Assembly (NCBI GenBank): GCA_043228905.1
Contig: JBHGNT010000007.1
Location: 5,270,001 to 5,334,000 of the forward strand
Direction of reading: 5' to 3'
Length of the DNA: 64,000 nt
Source of the DNA: Azolla caroliniana
Lineage: Eukaryota; Plantae; Polypodiophyta
The notes beneath the pieces were generated by a model that was not told the origin of the DNA, ran no database searches, and saw only the letters and a list, made by a program, of their open reading frames with translations. Shown here one piece after another: positions 28,101-40,100 of the stretch. Within the stretch, counting starts at the first letter, position 1, and every line of letters starts with the position of its first letter. Made by a program: the position numbers and the translations under genes.

Positions 28101-31100
28101 TATTTCATAAAAAACCGCACTATGGTAACATAGTGTTCTTCTGGTTCCACCCCCAATATTATAGTTAGCATATATGTTCTTCAATAGATTTGCACATATA
28201 ACAGAACTCATGAGATAGGTGTGATCCATATGAGAAGACCTTATAATAAATCATTAATGCCAACATGTGTAGAAGAAACATGTTTTAACATCTTTTAAGA
28301 GAAAAAATAAATGAGACTGAATGAGAGATTAAATCTTCAAATGGTGTCCAAAATAAATATAAGTAAATTTGAGGAGCTACCTAAGGTACTAGAGAATCTT
28401 GTTAGCTAAGCACTTCACATTCTAAACATAGATGGATTGAAACTTCTAGCTTCGAAAGATCTCCAACAATTATCAATCCTACATGGGGAGGCCTCCAAAG
28501 CGAGGGAAGAACTTTCAATGTAGGGTAATAATGGCCTTCATTTATCGATGACAAGGATGACAATATCATAGTCCATATGGGCAAGGCCTATGCACCCAAC
28601 AAATTGTAAGCCTAGATGGACTGGAACTTTTGCCTTTGAAAGATTTCCAGCATAGCCTTATTCAAGATGGAGAAGTCTCTGAAGCGCACAAAGCATCATC
28701 ATTGTTGGGTGTAATGGCCTTCATTTGACGATAACAAGTGTGACAAGCATTGTAGTTCAGATGGACATGACCTACATGCCTAAACGTCATCTTTACAAAG
28801 TAATATTAACTTTGCTTTCTCCATACAAGCGTGGGCTGCCTGCTCTATAAAGACATGGAATATTCCTTTTTCTCCATGCTTTCCCACTCTTGAAAGAGGC
28901 AAATTTTCATAGGAGGTGGTGTTGTGTCTTCTATCTTCTAGAAGCATTTAGAGATTACAACATGATCTTCCAAAACTATGAGTTATTTCGACCTGTAAGA
29001 TATGTTTTGATGACAAAATATCTTTGACCTGAAAAAGGTTGAAATCTCAATAGGAAATTATGATTGTCTATCTACAGTAGCTCACTGAAAAAATATGATT
29101 CTTTGTCCATCCATGAAGGTTATTCCATTTTGTGCATAAGACAGGATCTCTAGCATACTGGTGTTTCACTTAGATTCTATTTTTAAAACAAAGAACGTAC
29201 TTTCAAAAACTCTTATTATTCCTCTTTGATTTGCTGTTATAGGCATACCAGCTTTGATTCTGATAGGAAATGGAGATCCAGATATATTTTCCGCTGTGCT
29301 ACCAATCTCAAGGTAGGAATTTCCAGCCCTTGATAAAATAATAGTCAGGAACTGTAAACCCAGTTTTGCATCATAGGATGCTGAAACCTGAGGCACTACA
29401 AAACTACGTCCTCCCTTAGTAATTTGAAAAGCTGTCACACGAAAATTATACTTGGTTTCAGAGGAAAATGTATTTCCATAAACATCCTTCTGCTGCACCG
29501 TCAACGATATTGGAGAACCAGCAATTGCATTCATGAAATCGGTATGACTAATTACTGTGCTACGAGCCACCGAAAATGGACCTGTCCAATGTAAAGCTTT
29601 AGAATGTCATAACACTCTTACTTTTTGTGCAGATATATAGCAGCGTCTGAAAAAACACTAGTTAACGACTAAGAGGCTGTATGTTAATCTGCATAACATT
29701 GCATAATGAAAATTTACCACTTGCTCTTTTCTGCTGAACTGACAAAGCAATGCAAAACAAAATATTCTTTCAATTCACAAATTTACTTATGGATAAAATC
29801 TTATGAACTGGAATGTAAGCATGCTAGAATTTTGTATGAAAACAACACTGGCTGCTGAGAAATCCAACAACTGAAGCCCTTACGCTTTGTTGGGAATAAA
29901 GGGCCATCGTGCCTTTTATTAGTGCACGAGTGTGAACGCACTCGTAGCACACTTTTGAGTTGTATATACATAATATCTAAAAACCAAAAAAGGGGTACAC
30001 TCTTTTGTACCCAAGACAGCGTGCATCTCTCTCTCTCACTCAGACTCTCTCCCTCTCTGTTTTTGACCTAAACCCTAATCCTCGTGCTGCCTTCAAACTA
30101 GTATCAGAGCCAAGGTTTAGGATTTTATGCAGAGAAAAGTTTAGGGTTTTCTGCAGGCAGAGTTTAAGGTTTTCTGCAGAGCAGAGTTTAGGGTTTTCTG
30201 CAGAGCAGAGATTAGGGTTTTCTGCATAGCAGAGATTAGGGTTTCTGCAGAGCAGGTCACGTTTTCTGCAGTGCAGGTTTGGTCCTCCATTTGGGCTAAA
30301 ATCATGACTAACAGCAGTGAAAGTAGCCACCTTATGCACATCAAGAAGCTTGAGGGTGCACATAACTTTGCGGTTTGGAAAAAGCAGTGCTACAACATCT
30401 TGCTGCAAAAGAAGCATGCAAAGCCTATAAAAGTCAAAGGGGTAAAGCCTATAGATATGGATGAAGATGATTGGCAAGAGTTGAATGAGCTTGCACGCTC
30501 GACTATTGAGTTGTCGATTTCTGATGCCTTGCTTTTTAATATCGAAGGTTTGGACTCCGCCTATTCTATATGGATTAGACTAGAGGAACTGTATGCCCAA
30601 AAGACGGCAGCTAGCAAATTTTATTGGCTTAAGAAACTTATGGATTTGCGTATGACAAAGGGCACACCCATGTCAACTCACCTGAGTGAGTTCAATTCCA
30701 TTTTCAGCTAGTTGATTGCCTTGAAATTCATCATTGATGATGAGTTTAAGGCTACGTTTTTACTTTGCACCTTGCCAGAAAGTTGGGATACTTTCAGGAC
30801 TACTATGAGTAATTCAAATGCGATGCTTCTTTACGCCGATGTAGAGAGTTCTCTACTCATGGAAGAGATGAGTTGGCAAAATAATGCATCCAATAAGTCC
30901 TCTAGTGCGTTGCATATGAGGGGTAGGTCACAACAAAGAGGCAAATCTGATAGTTATGGCCGTAGTAAATCACGTGGTAAAGATGTAGAATGCCATCACT
31001 GTGGCAAAAAGGGTCACTTTAAACGTGATTGTTTCAAATGGAAGAAAGAGAAAGGAAAGGGCAAGAAGATAGATGATTTCATAGAAGAAAAGAGAGACAT

Positions 31101-34100
31101 TCAACCGAGGAAAGGCAATACTAAAAGTGAAGAGGTAAATGTAGTCACTCATGATAGTGATAATGGAAATGATGTACTCTTTGTTTCATCATGCCATAGA
31201 GAACATGCTTTACTTGCAGATACGGATGGTGACATGCACACTTGGATACTCGATTCCGGTGCTTCTTTTCACATCACCCCTCATCGTGAGTGGTTTTCAG
31301 ATTACATAGGGGGTCGACATGGTGTTGTCCATCTTGGGGACAACTATGCATGTGAAATTGCAGGTATTGGCACTGTGCAATTACAGTTTCAGCATGGTTC
31401 TGCTTTCACACTTCAGCATGTATGGCATGTACCTCAGCTCAAGAAGAGCTTGATTAGCACAGGACAGCTAGATGATGATGGATTTCACACAACCTTTGGT
31501 GATGGGAAATGGAAGATTTGTAAGGGATCTAGAGTTATTGCCAAGGGTAGTAAAAGTGATACTTTGTATCCTCTCCATGTATCTAGTGTGAGTGACCATG
31601 TTGTTGCCATAACCGAGCAGCCTAGTGTTTCTTTGTGGCATGGCCGGTTGGGACACATGAGTGAAATTAGTATGAAAGTACTTTCTCGTTTGAGTTACTT
31701 GCCGTGTCTTCGTTATGCTGATTTTGAACATTGTGATCATTGCATTTATGGCAAACATGTACAAACATCTCATAAAAAGCCTCTTTCGCTGAAGTCGTCC
31801 CCGCTTGAGTTAGTACATTCAGATGTATGTGAGATGCCAGGGCTATCATTAGGGGGAAAGAAATACTTAGTCACGTTAGTCCATGATGCTACACGGAAGG
31901 CATGGGTTTACCCTATTCGTAGCAAGGATGAAGTGCTCGACCAATTTCGAACATTTTTGGCATTAGTTGAGAATCAAATTGATAAGACACGTAAGTGTCT
32001 TCGCTCTGACAATGGTGGGGAATATGTGTCCAAGGTTTTTCAAGCATTTTGTGACAGCAAAGGGATAAAGAGGGAACTCACTGCCCCTTATAATACACCC
32101 CAAAATGGAGTTGCAGGGCGTATGAATCGGACTATTCAAGATAAGGTCCGTACTATGCTGTCTCATGCTGCGTTACCCCATGGTTTTTGGGCAGAGGCTG
32201 TTATGACAGCTGTTCACTTGATTAATCGGTCACCTAACAGGTCTTTGGGAGGGGGAATACCCCAAGAAGTGTGGCCGGGCAAGCCACCTTCATATGCTCA
32301 CTTGAGAGTGTTTGGCTGTGAGGCTTTTGTGCACATTCGTAAAGAACAACGCAACAAACTTGAGCCAAAGTCCTGCAAATGTATTTTCCTAGGATACGGT
32401 GACAAGGGTGAAATGGGGTATAGATTGTGGGATCCCGAGAAAAGAAAAATAGTACGCAGCAATGATGTTATCTTCCGGGAAAATCGCATGCATAAACAAC
32501 CCGAAAAGACTGAGGAAGTACATAGGGTTGTATTCCGAGAAGAAATACCTTTAAGACAGGAAAATGTGCCCGCTGTACAGCAGCAAACACCTGCTGTAAA
32601 ATTACCTGCAAATGCAGAAAATGAGGTTGGAAATGATCATCCAGTCTTTGCCAATAATGATGAGCCACCAAATGTGCAGGAACAGCTAGAACAGCAAGCT
32701 GTGAATGCTGATTTGCAGGCTGAAATGCCTGGACTGCAAATTGAAAATGATGATTTGCAGGCTCAACAGCTACCAAACAATGAGCATTGGGTTAGGAGAT
32801 CATCTAGAGTTACTAGACAGCCTGACAGATTTGTTCCTGATGCAAACAATGTGGCTGATTATGTCATGGTAACTGATTGTGGCGAACCGACTTGCTTCAA
32901 GGAAGCAATGGACAGACAGGACAATAAGAAATGGTATAAAGCCATGTTGTCAGAGATGGAATCTCTTGAGAAAAATGATACTTGGGATTTGGTGCAATTG
33001 CCTAAAGGGCAGAAAACACTTCCATGCAAATGGATTTATAAAATGAAGGTCATTTCTGATTCCTCGCCAACGTACAAAGCAAGATTGGTTGCAAAAGGAT
33101 ACAAGCAGGAATATGGAGTTGATTTTGATGAGATCTTCTCGCCTGTAGTCAAGATGACTACATTAAGAATCATTTTGGGCTTAGTTGCAGCTGAAGATAT
33201 GGAGCTCATACAGATGGATGTGAAGACCGCCTTTTTACATGGCGATCTGCATGAAGACATATATATGCAACAGCCTGAAGGTTTTGTCACTAAAGGCAAA
33301 GAGAAGATGGTTTGTAAGCTCAAAAGGAGTTTGTATGGGTTGAAACAAGCACCAAGAGAATGGTATCATAAATTTGATGCATTTATGCAGTCTCAAGGTT
33401 TTCGTAGAAGTCAAGTGGACCATTGCTTGTACACCAAGAAGGCAGGAGATGGCAGCCTGATTATCTTGGTTTTGTATGTTGATGATATGTTGATTGTTGG
33501 CAAGGATGGTCATGCCTTGAATTCATTGAAGCAAAGCCTTCATGGCAGCTTTGATATCAAGGATCTTGGTGATGCAAATCACATCCTTGGCATGCGAATA
33601 CTCCGAAACCGATTGAAAGGGGCACTCTTTCTATCTCAGCAGGAGTATATCTCTAAGGTTTTGTAGCGTTTCAATATGGAGGGGGGGAAAACAATTGGGG
33701 TTCCATTGCCTCCATATTTGAAACTCAGTGCAGAAGACAGCCCTACATCTGATGATGAGAAGGCTGAAATGGCTAAGGTTCCATATGCTTCTGCCGTTGG
33801 CAGTTTGATATATGCGATGGTTGCTACACGCCCTGATATTGCCTTTGCAGTGGGAGTGGTTAGTAGGTATATGGCAAATCCCGGCAAAAAGCATTGGGAA
33901 GCGGTAAAAGGTATTATGAGATACCTCAAAGGCACAAAGGACTTGTGTATTTGCTTTGGAAAGCAAAAGGCATCTGTCGTTGGTTTTACGGATGCGGACT
34001 ATGCTGGTCACGTAGACTGCAGGAAGTCTACTTCTGGTTATGTGTTTACTTTCACAGGAGGAGCGGTCTCTTGGATCTCCAGACTACAGAAGTTTGTCTA

Positions 34101-37100
34101 CTACAGAGGCAGAGTATGTTGCTGCCACTGAGGCATGCAAAGAAGCTTTATGGCTTTCATATCTAGTGAGAGATCTTGGCATTACAGAGTTACCTATTCT
34201 TCATTGTGACAGCCAGAGTGCTATCATGCTAGCTCGAAATCTCGTCTTTCATGCAAAGACGAAGCACATAGAGGTGAAGTATCACTTCATCAGAGATGTA
34301 CTTGACAGCAAGAACATTGAGCTTGTCAAAGTACATACAAATAATAATCCTGCAGATCTTCTCACGAAGGGTCTTCCAGCTGAGCGATTTGCTCATTGCC
34401 GACAGATGATGGGAGTTGGATAGATGTATGTATGCAGTTCAGCTTTGTACATACTTGGACTTAGCTGACTTTTTTTTTGTTTTTTTTTTCTCACGGCACA
34501 TTGCCTTTAGGTGGGAGGTTGTTGGGAATAAAGGGCCATCGTGCCTTTTATTAGTGCACGAGTGTGAACGCACTCGTAGCACACTTTTCAGTTGTATATA
34601 CATAATATCTAAAAACCAAAAAAGAGGTACACTCTTTTGTACCCAAGACGGCGTGCATCTCTCTCTCTCACTCAGACTCTCTCCCTCTCTGTTTTTGACC
34701 TAAACCCTAATCCTCGTGCTGCCTTCACGCTTTGGGTCCCAGTTATGGTACCAACGCCTGCCTGACCCAGCTGTTTCTAAAGAGGTGAATGTTGATAATA
34801 CAAATATCCATGAAGATGTGGATATTACTTTCAGAAGACCCTCATATGATACAACTCCTGATGGACAGGTGCAGTTCTTATTCCTCAGTTGATTAGTTTG
34901 CATAAACATTTGCAACTACAAAATGAAATTGTCCATATCATACGACAAAAATGTACTCGCTCACAATTATAGCATATCAAGTTGTGATCTGAGCTGTGTC
35001 ATGTATCCATCAGAATATGGCAATTAGAGTATCCATTTCTACCATCCAAAAAACCTGGAAGAATTCCTTTAACAAAACCCAGACTATCTACATTACGCTT
35101 TTACCTATGCAAATGCAGTTCATAAATTGTTTGCTCTCTTGGTGATCATGTTTAACAGAATTGGCATGCGTTCTTGAATAAACATCAGTTCAAGCTGTTC
35201 TGATTCTCAGATCATTCCATCATAAGCATTTCAGTGATCATTTAAAATGCACAAGTGAAATGGGACCTGACATTTATTACTGTTTTCACACATTTTGGGT
35301 CTTTTTGCCATTTTGTGCATGGTCATGTATATATTTTTGGAAGAGAAGGAATACTGTGTGAGAAAAAATGACAAAAAGCTACTTTTTGCACGATACGTTT
35401 CTAAATGAATGATGCTCAATGAATTGTAGTTAAGATATGTTTTGAAACTTCCAAGTAATTTCCAATAACTAAGTAATGATCCAAAGGACATAACCTCAGA
35501 AGGTCACCTCAGATACAAGGAGATGATACCAGCACAGAGAAAGAATGAAAGAATTGTTAGCATCTTTTAAGAGGCCAAAATGGCCTACAAGATGAACAAG
35601 ATATTACATCTTCAAATGTCGTCTCATTTTTTAGAACAATAAACCAAACTAAATTAGCTAGGTAAAAAAGTAAATAGAAACAGAATAAACTGTGACAAAG
35701 GAATTGTCATCTACACATGTGAGATTCACAAGTCAAATATATTGTAAATTTCGTCTTCGATAGATCTCTAGCATTGGTCAATCCAAAATGGAGAGGTTTC
35801 TAAAACGAGGGAAGCACCTACCATGCTGTGAGATAATGGCCTTTATTTGTCAACGACAAGGGTAGTGAGATCGTGGTTCGTGAGACTAGGGCCTACGTGC
35901 AAGACAAGTTTCTATTGCCCAATTTACTGTAACATTTTGCAATGTCTTAATCAGGAGCCCATTGAAGTAGCCCTTGATTGACTTGTAGCATGAGTTCAAG
36001 TGATGGGCTAAAGAGAGAAAGAAAAATATATTAAAATCTTTTAAGAGGCCAAAACGGCCTATATGACCAAACAAGAGATTGCATCTTAAGTGTTGTCTCA
36101 CCTTTGAGAACCACAAACCAAAATAAATGTTAGTAAGTAAAAAAAAGTAAATAAGATAAAAAGTGACTAAAGAAAGTTGTGATTGTTCTTCATTAATGAC
36201 ATTGTGTGGTTGTATCGTTGTCCTTCAACAACTTCTCACTATGTCTCTTGAGTTCTAGCAAGAAAAGCCCCCAATAGCATTGGTCCTCATATTCCATTAC
36301 CTTGTGTAGTGAGCCCAAGCCTTGTTTAAAGAGCCAATGGTATTTCTCTCATCTCATAAAAAACAATACAAAGACAAACATAGTGCTCTCCACAAAATTG
36401 GCAAATTCTTTCTACTAGAAGTATTTGTGCATATCTACCATCCTCAATATCTAATTGATGTGAAGAAGTTTGCAGCTGCCCCATCACACAGCACAGTGCA
36501 TAGGACAGATGTATGTCCATATAAGAGAGACTGATGATGAATCCATTGTCTAATGTGTCAGAAGTGTGTATTATAGTGGGCCATCTTCCTACTAAGAGAC
36601 GTTGCGGGGCTGATCCACGTTATTTTGTTTTCCAAGTCGATAAGATCAGTTTGGATTACTATTCTTTTCCACTTTGATTATGTTTAGAGAGAAAATTAGA
36701 TCTTATCTTATCCCTCCACAGACAACAGGTTCCTTGATTCATCCTCAAAATTTATTGTTTTACTTTATTTTCTTTTAACTTTACACATTCAGCATAGACA
36801 CCATATATATATAGCAATAAAAACCTGAATAATATCAAGAATCACTAAATAAAATTAACATACCTGGCAGCACGGTAAAATAAAATGGAGAATTTGATAT
36901 ATATTCTCGTCTATAACCGACACTCATAGAATATTTTCCAGACAAAGTGGGATAAAAGGAAATTGCTTGATATCCTGTTGATGTTTCCCCACCTTTAACT
37001 ATTGTTGGAGATGTAAATTCCCTGTCAAATAATCTAATAGTTACTGAAAACTCCACATAACTCAGTCTTTTGAGAAGGTTCTGAGAAGGATCAAATAATG

Positions 37101-40100
37101 TGATATTCAAGATAACCACAGAACCTGCCTTGAGTATATCCGGTGTTAGCCTGCCTACACAATGAGGAATCGATACTTGTCCTGAATAAATGACAAGTTA
37201 TTAATAATATTCATGAAGATCTGAATGTATTCCACATAAGATATCTAATGAAGGATCTAAGTGTTTACCAACAAAAACATCATATGCAAAAGGTGATCCT
37301 GGCACATAAAATGTATTGTTTCCAATAAAAACATAGTGACGCCCTGCCTTAGCAGTCCTAAATTCAATAAGGACAAATCCAGGTTCAGCTTCATTCTGTG
37401 CATTTAATTGTGGATGCAAGTCCATATTCCCAGCTTCATCATAAATTCTGATTGAATACAGCAAGGAATTTGAAGTTCCTAATGGTGAGTTGAACTTATC
37501 AACAACTTTCAGTCTAAACTTAGCTATGGTGCCCGAAATAAATGTATGTTTATCGTCCACCCAATTTCCTTGGCACAGAGGTAGGTATAATGAGCCTGAA
37601 ATAAATCAATTTTCCAGATGTCACGGGTGACAGAAAGAAAGATGCTTCATACAAAATATTGTGAGGTTGAAAAACCTTGCCAAATCATGTTGGAGGAAAG
37701 AAAACTTAGTTGATGACTGATATACAGAACAATTAGGTCTCCAAGAATGAGCATGCTTTTTAATATAGACTATTCTCTTTAGAAAATGGATATTATAAAG
37801 AAAACATGATGTTCGGGCAATTGATATAAACGAACCAGTAATGACAGTAAATGTTAGTGAAGAACGACCAAAAATCTTTCCGTTGCTAGAAATGTATACT
37901 TTTTGAGGTCCAAGTTGATCTGCCACAAACGTCAGATTATGGTATCCATTGCGGTCAATAAAGACATCAAAGTTAGGATAAGTTGTTGCATTTTTTCCAA
38001 GATTTACAACTGTCACATTCCATGGATAGCTAAGGTCTGTTCTTCCAGTCTTTTCTGAAACAACATTGCCAAACTGATCACGAGGTGACACACAGAGCCT
38101 TATCCTATCCCCTGGGTAATATATATTCGACGTGTCAGCCCAAAAAATTGAAGACGCGTCTGGATCTACCTCACCTACATGCAAACTTCATTATATGTTT
38201 TTGAAACTTTTTGCATATTTGGATATTAAAAGAAATTTTGAACCATGATTATTACCTGCGGCAACCATAATGGTTGCCCCTAAGCCTATCATAGCAAACA
38301 AGTCAGCTGAAGAGCCAAGATCATTAGGCTTTGTGCTATCGAAGACTACGACACGCAAAAGATACTGATAAACATTGCTTGCATATCTGTTCTTGATCAC
38401 ACATGAAACTGGGTATGACCCACGTACCAAAGCAGTAGGGGTGCTCCCAATGCTGCAACTAGAGCCAGGTGCCCTAACATGAATGTCTGATAGTAACCAT
38501 ATACCAACTTGAATCCTGTCCGGAGAAAATGGGCCCTTGTACATACTGCAAGATTTGCAATTTGGACTTGTATCACAAACAAGCTCTCGGCCATAGTAAG
38601 TCTTGCAACTAGGATTATCACAGTCAACAATATAAGGTTGCAGGAAAAAATTGAAAGGCTTTCCCTCAATAACTGTAACTCTCCTTCCTTTCAGACTTAT
38701 CTTCGTGCAATCTTTGCTTAGCATGTACGCAGATTCCACCAGTGTAGCTGTAATATATAGCAAATTTGATGAAAATTTCATAAAGTTGACGGGCAAACGA
38801 GGTGGGAAACAAATAAGTCTATAAATAATATTTTATTTTAAACTCAAAAATTACCAATACCACTTTCTTACATGATTCCTACGAGCACTATGTAGTGGGA
38901 TATTTGTACATCCTAGAGGGTGGATCCATTTAAGTAATGAATTGGGCATGGAAACTGTATATGTGTAGACCATAACTTTCCTGACTACTATATTGCAGAT
39001 GACCATAAGGCCACCTTAATGCCTTATCTCTAAACTTAATTTGAGAACTAATTTCAAGTCAATGTGTAAAGTCTTGCCATCCCAGCTCGTTTAGCCACCG
39101 TATTATGCCATAGAGCAGTGAGATGAGAACGACTATTACCTATCTGTAAGGCTAGGTGATTGTAAGGCCTCCCAAATCCCCATGCCCCTTTATTTGACTT
39201 CTGACTTCATAATTTTGTGTGTGTAACTAACAACTAGGAATAGAGTGTTGTCAACTTCGCCCTTTTAAACACCATATAGTAGCAAACTAGTAGGGATTTG
39301 GGAAGCTAAAATTGGTTTGTGGAACTTCCAGTGAGCCGTGTAACACCAACTGCACCACCAATCTAGCTAAAATTGCATAGCAATGAAACACGTAGAAGTT
39401 CTGTTAAACTCCATACCCTTTCACTGCAGTTTTCTATTATGCATGCATGAAAATGAATCCCATGCCATGTTATAAGAAAATTCTCCCAAAATTTTGCAAG
39501 ACCAAAGTATGGGGCAAAATCCAAATGGAATATATGTGTATACAAAACCTGCCGAATTCCCATATAAATTTTTGGTATATTGTCTCAAATTTCTGCTTGA
39601 AAAGGAGAAATATATAGATTTTTTCGCTGCTGATTTCATATACAAATATTTTGTGGGACATTTTCTCACAATTTCGGTATTATTTTATGCCCCAAAAGAG
39701 TAAAAAAAATATTATCCTGCTAATGGAGAAAGAACAAATGTAGGGATGAAATATTTGAAAAAAATACAGGAATCTGTTTCAGCTGAATTCCTTCTGCGAG
39801 CTTGCATATTTTGTCACAATTTTTCCTAGTATTTCGCGAGTGGTTAAAAGGAAAAAATCATCAAGTGGGAAAGAAAATTATAGAGATATAGAGATAGATA
39901 GATGGATATAGTATTTTGTGAAGAAAAATCATCCCGGCAATAAAGAAAGGGGGAAAAAACAAATTTTCCTGCGAAAACCTGACCAGAAAAACTAGCCCGT
40001 GCATTGTATGAGAAACCATTACCTGAAAGGAGAGATTGAAGTAAGAGGATGATGACATGAGACAAAGGAGCTTTGTAGTCATAATGTGAGAACTTTCCTC

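Larger units (their letters stand above)
29888..34727 (+). mobile_element. Full-length young Ty1/copia LTR retrotransposon (copia-3) in GEX2-like intron 5
   Basis: 208-bp LTRs at 29888-30095 and 34520-34727 (TG...CA; 3 substitutions seen); 5-bp TSD CGCTT (29883-29887 / 34728-34732); PBS tagtatcagagc at ~30099; PPT aggtgggagg at ~34509. Confidence 0.97.

Noticed and set aside
30115-30256. Interstitial telomere or chromosome-fusion scar
   Set aside because: The TTTAGGG motifs are single, embedded in a 24-bp unit inside a retrotransposon leader, not tandem heptamers.
30709-30711. Programmed stop-codon readthrough in copia-3
   Set aside because: The TAG lies mid-gag rather than at a gag/pol boundary, a second TAG and a frameshift occur downstream, and CAG>TAG decay is simpler.
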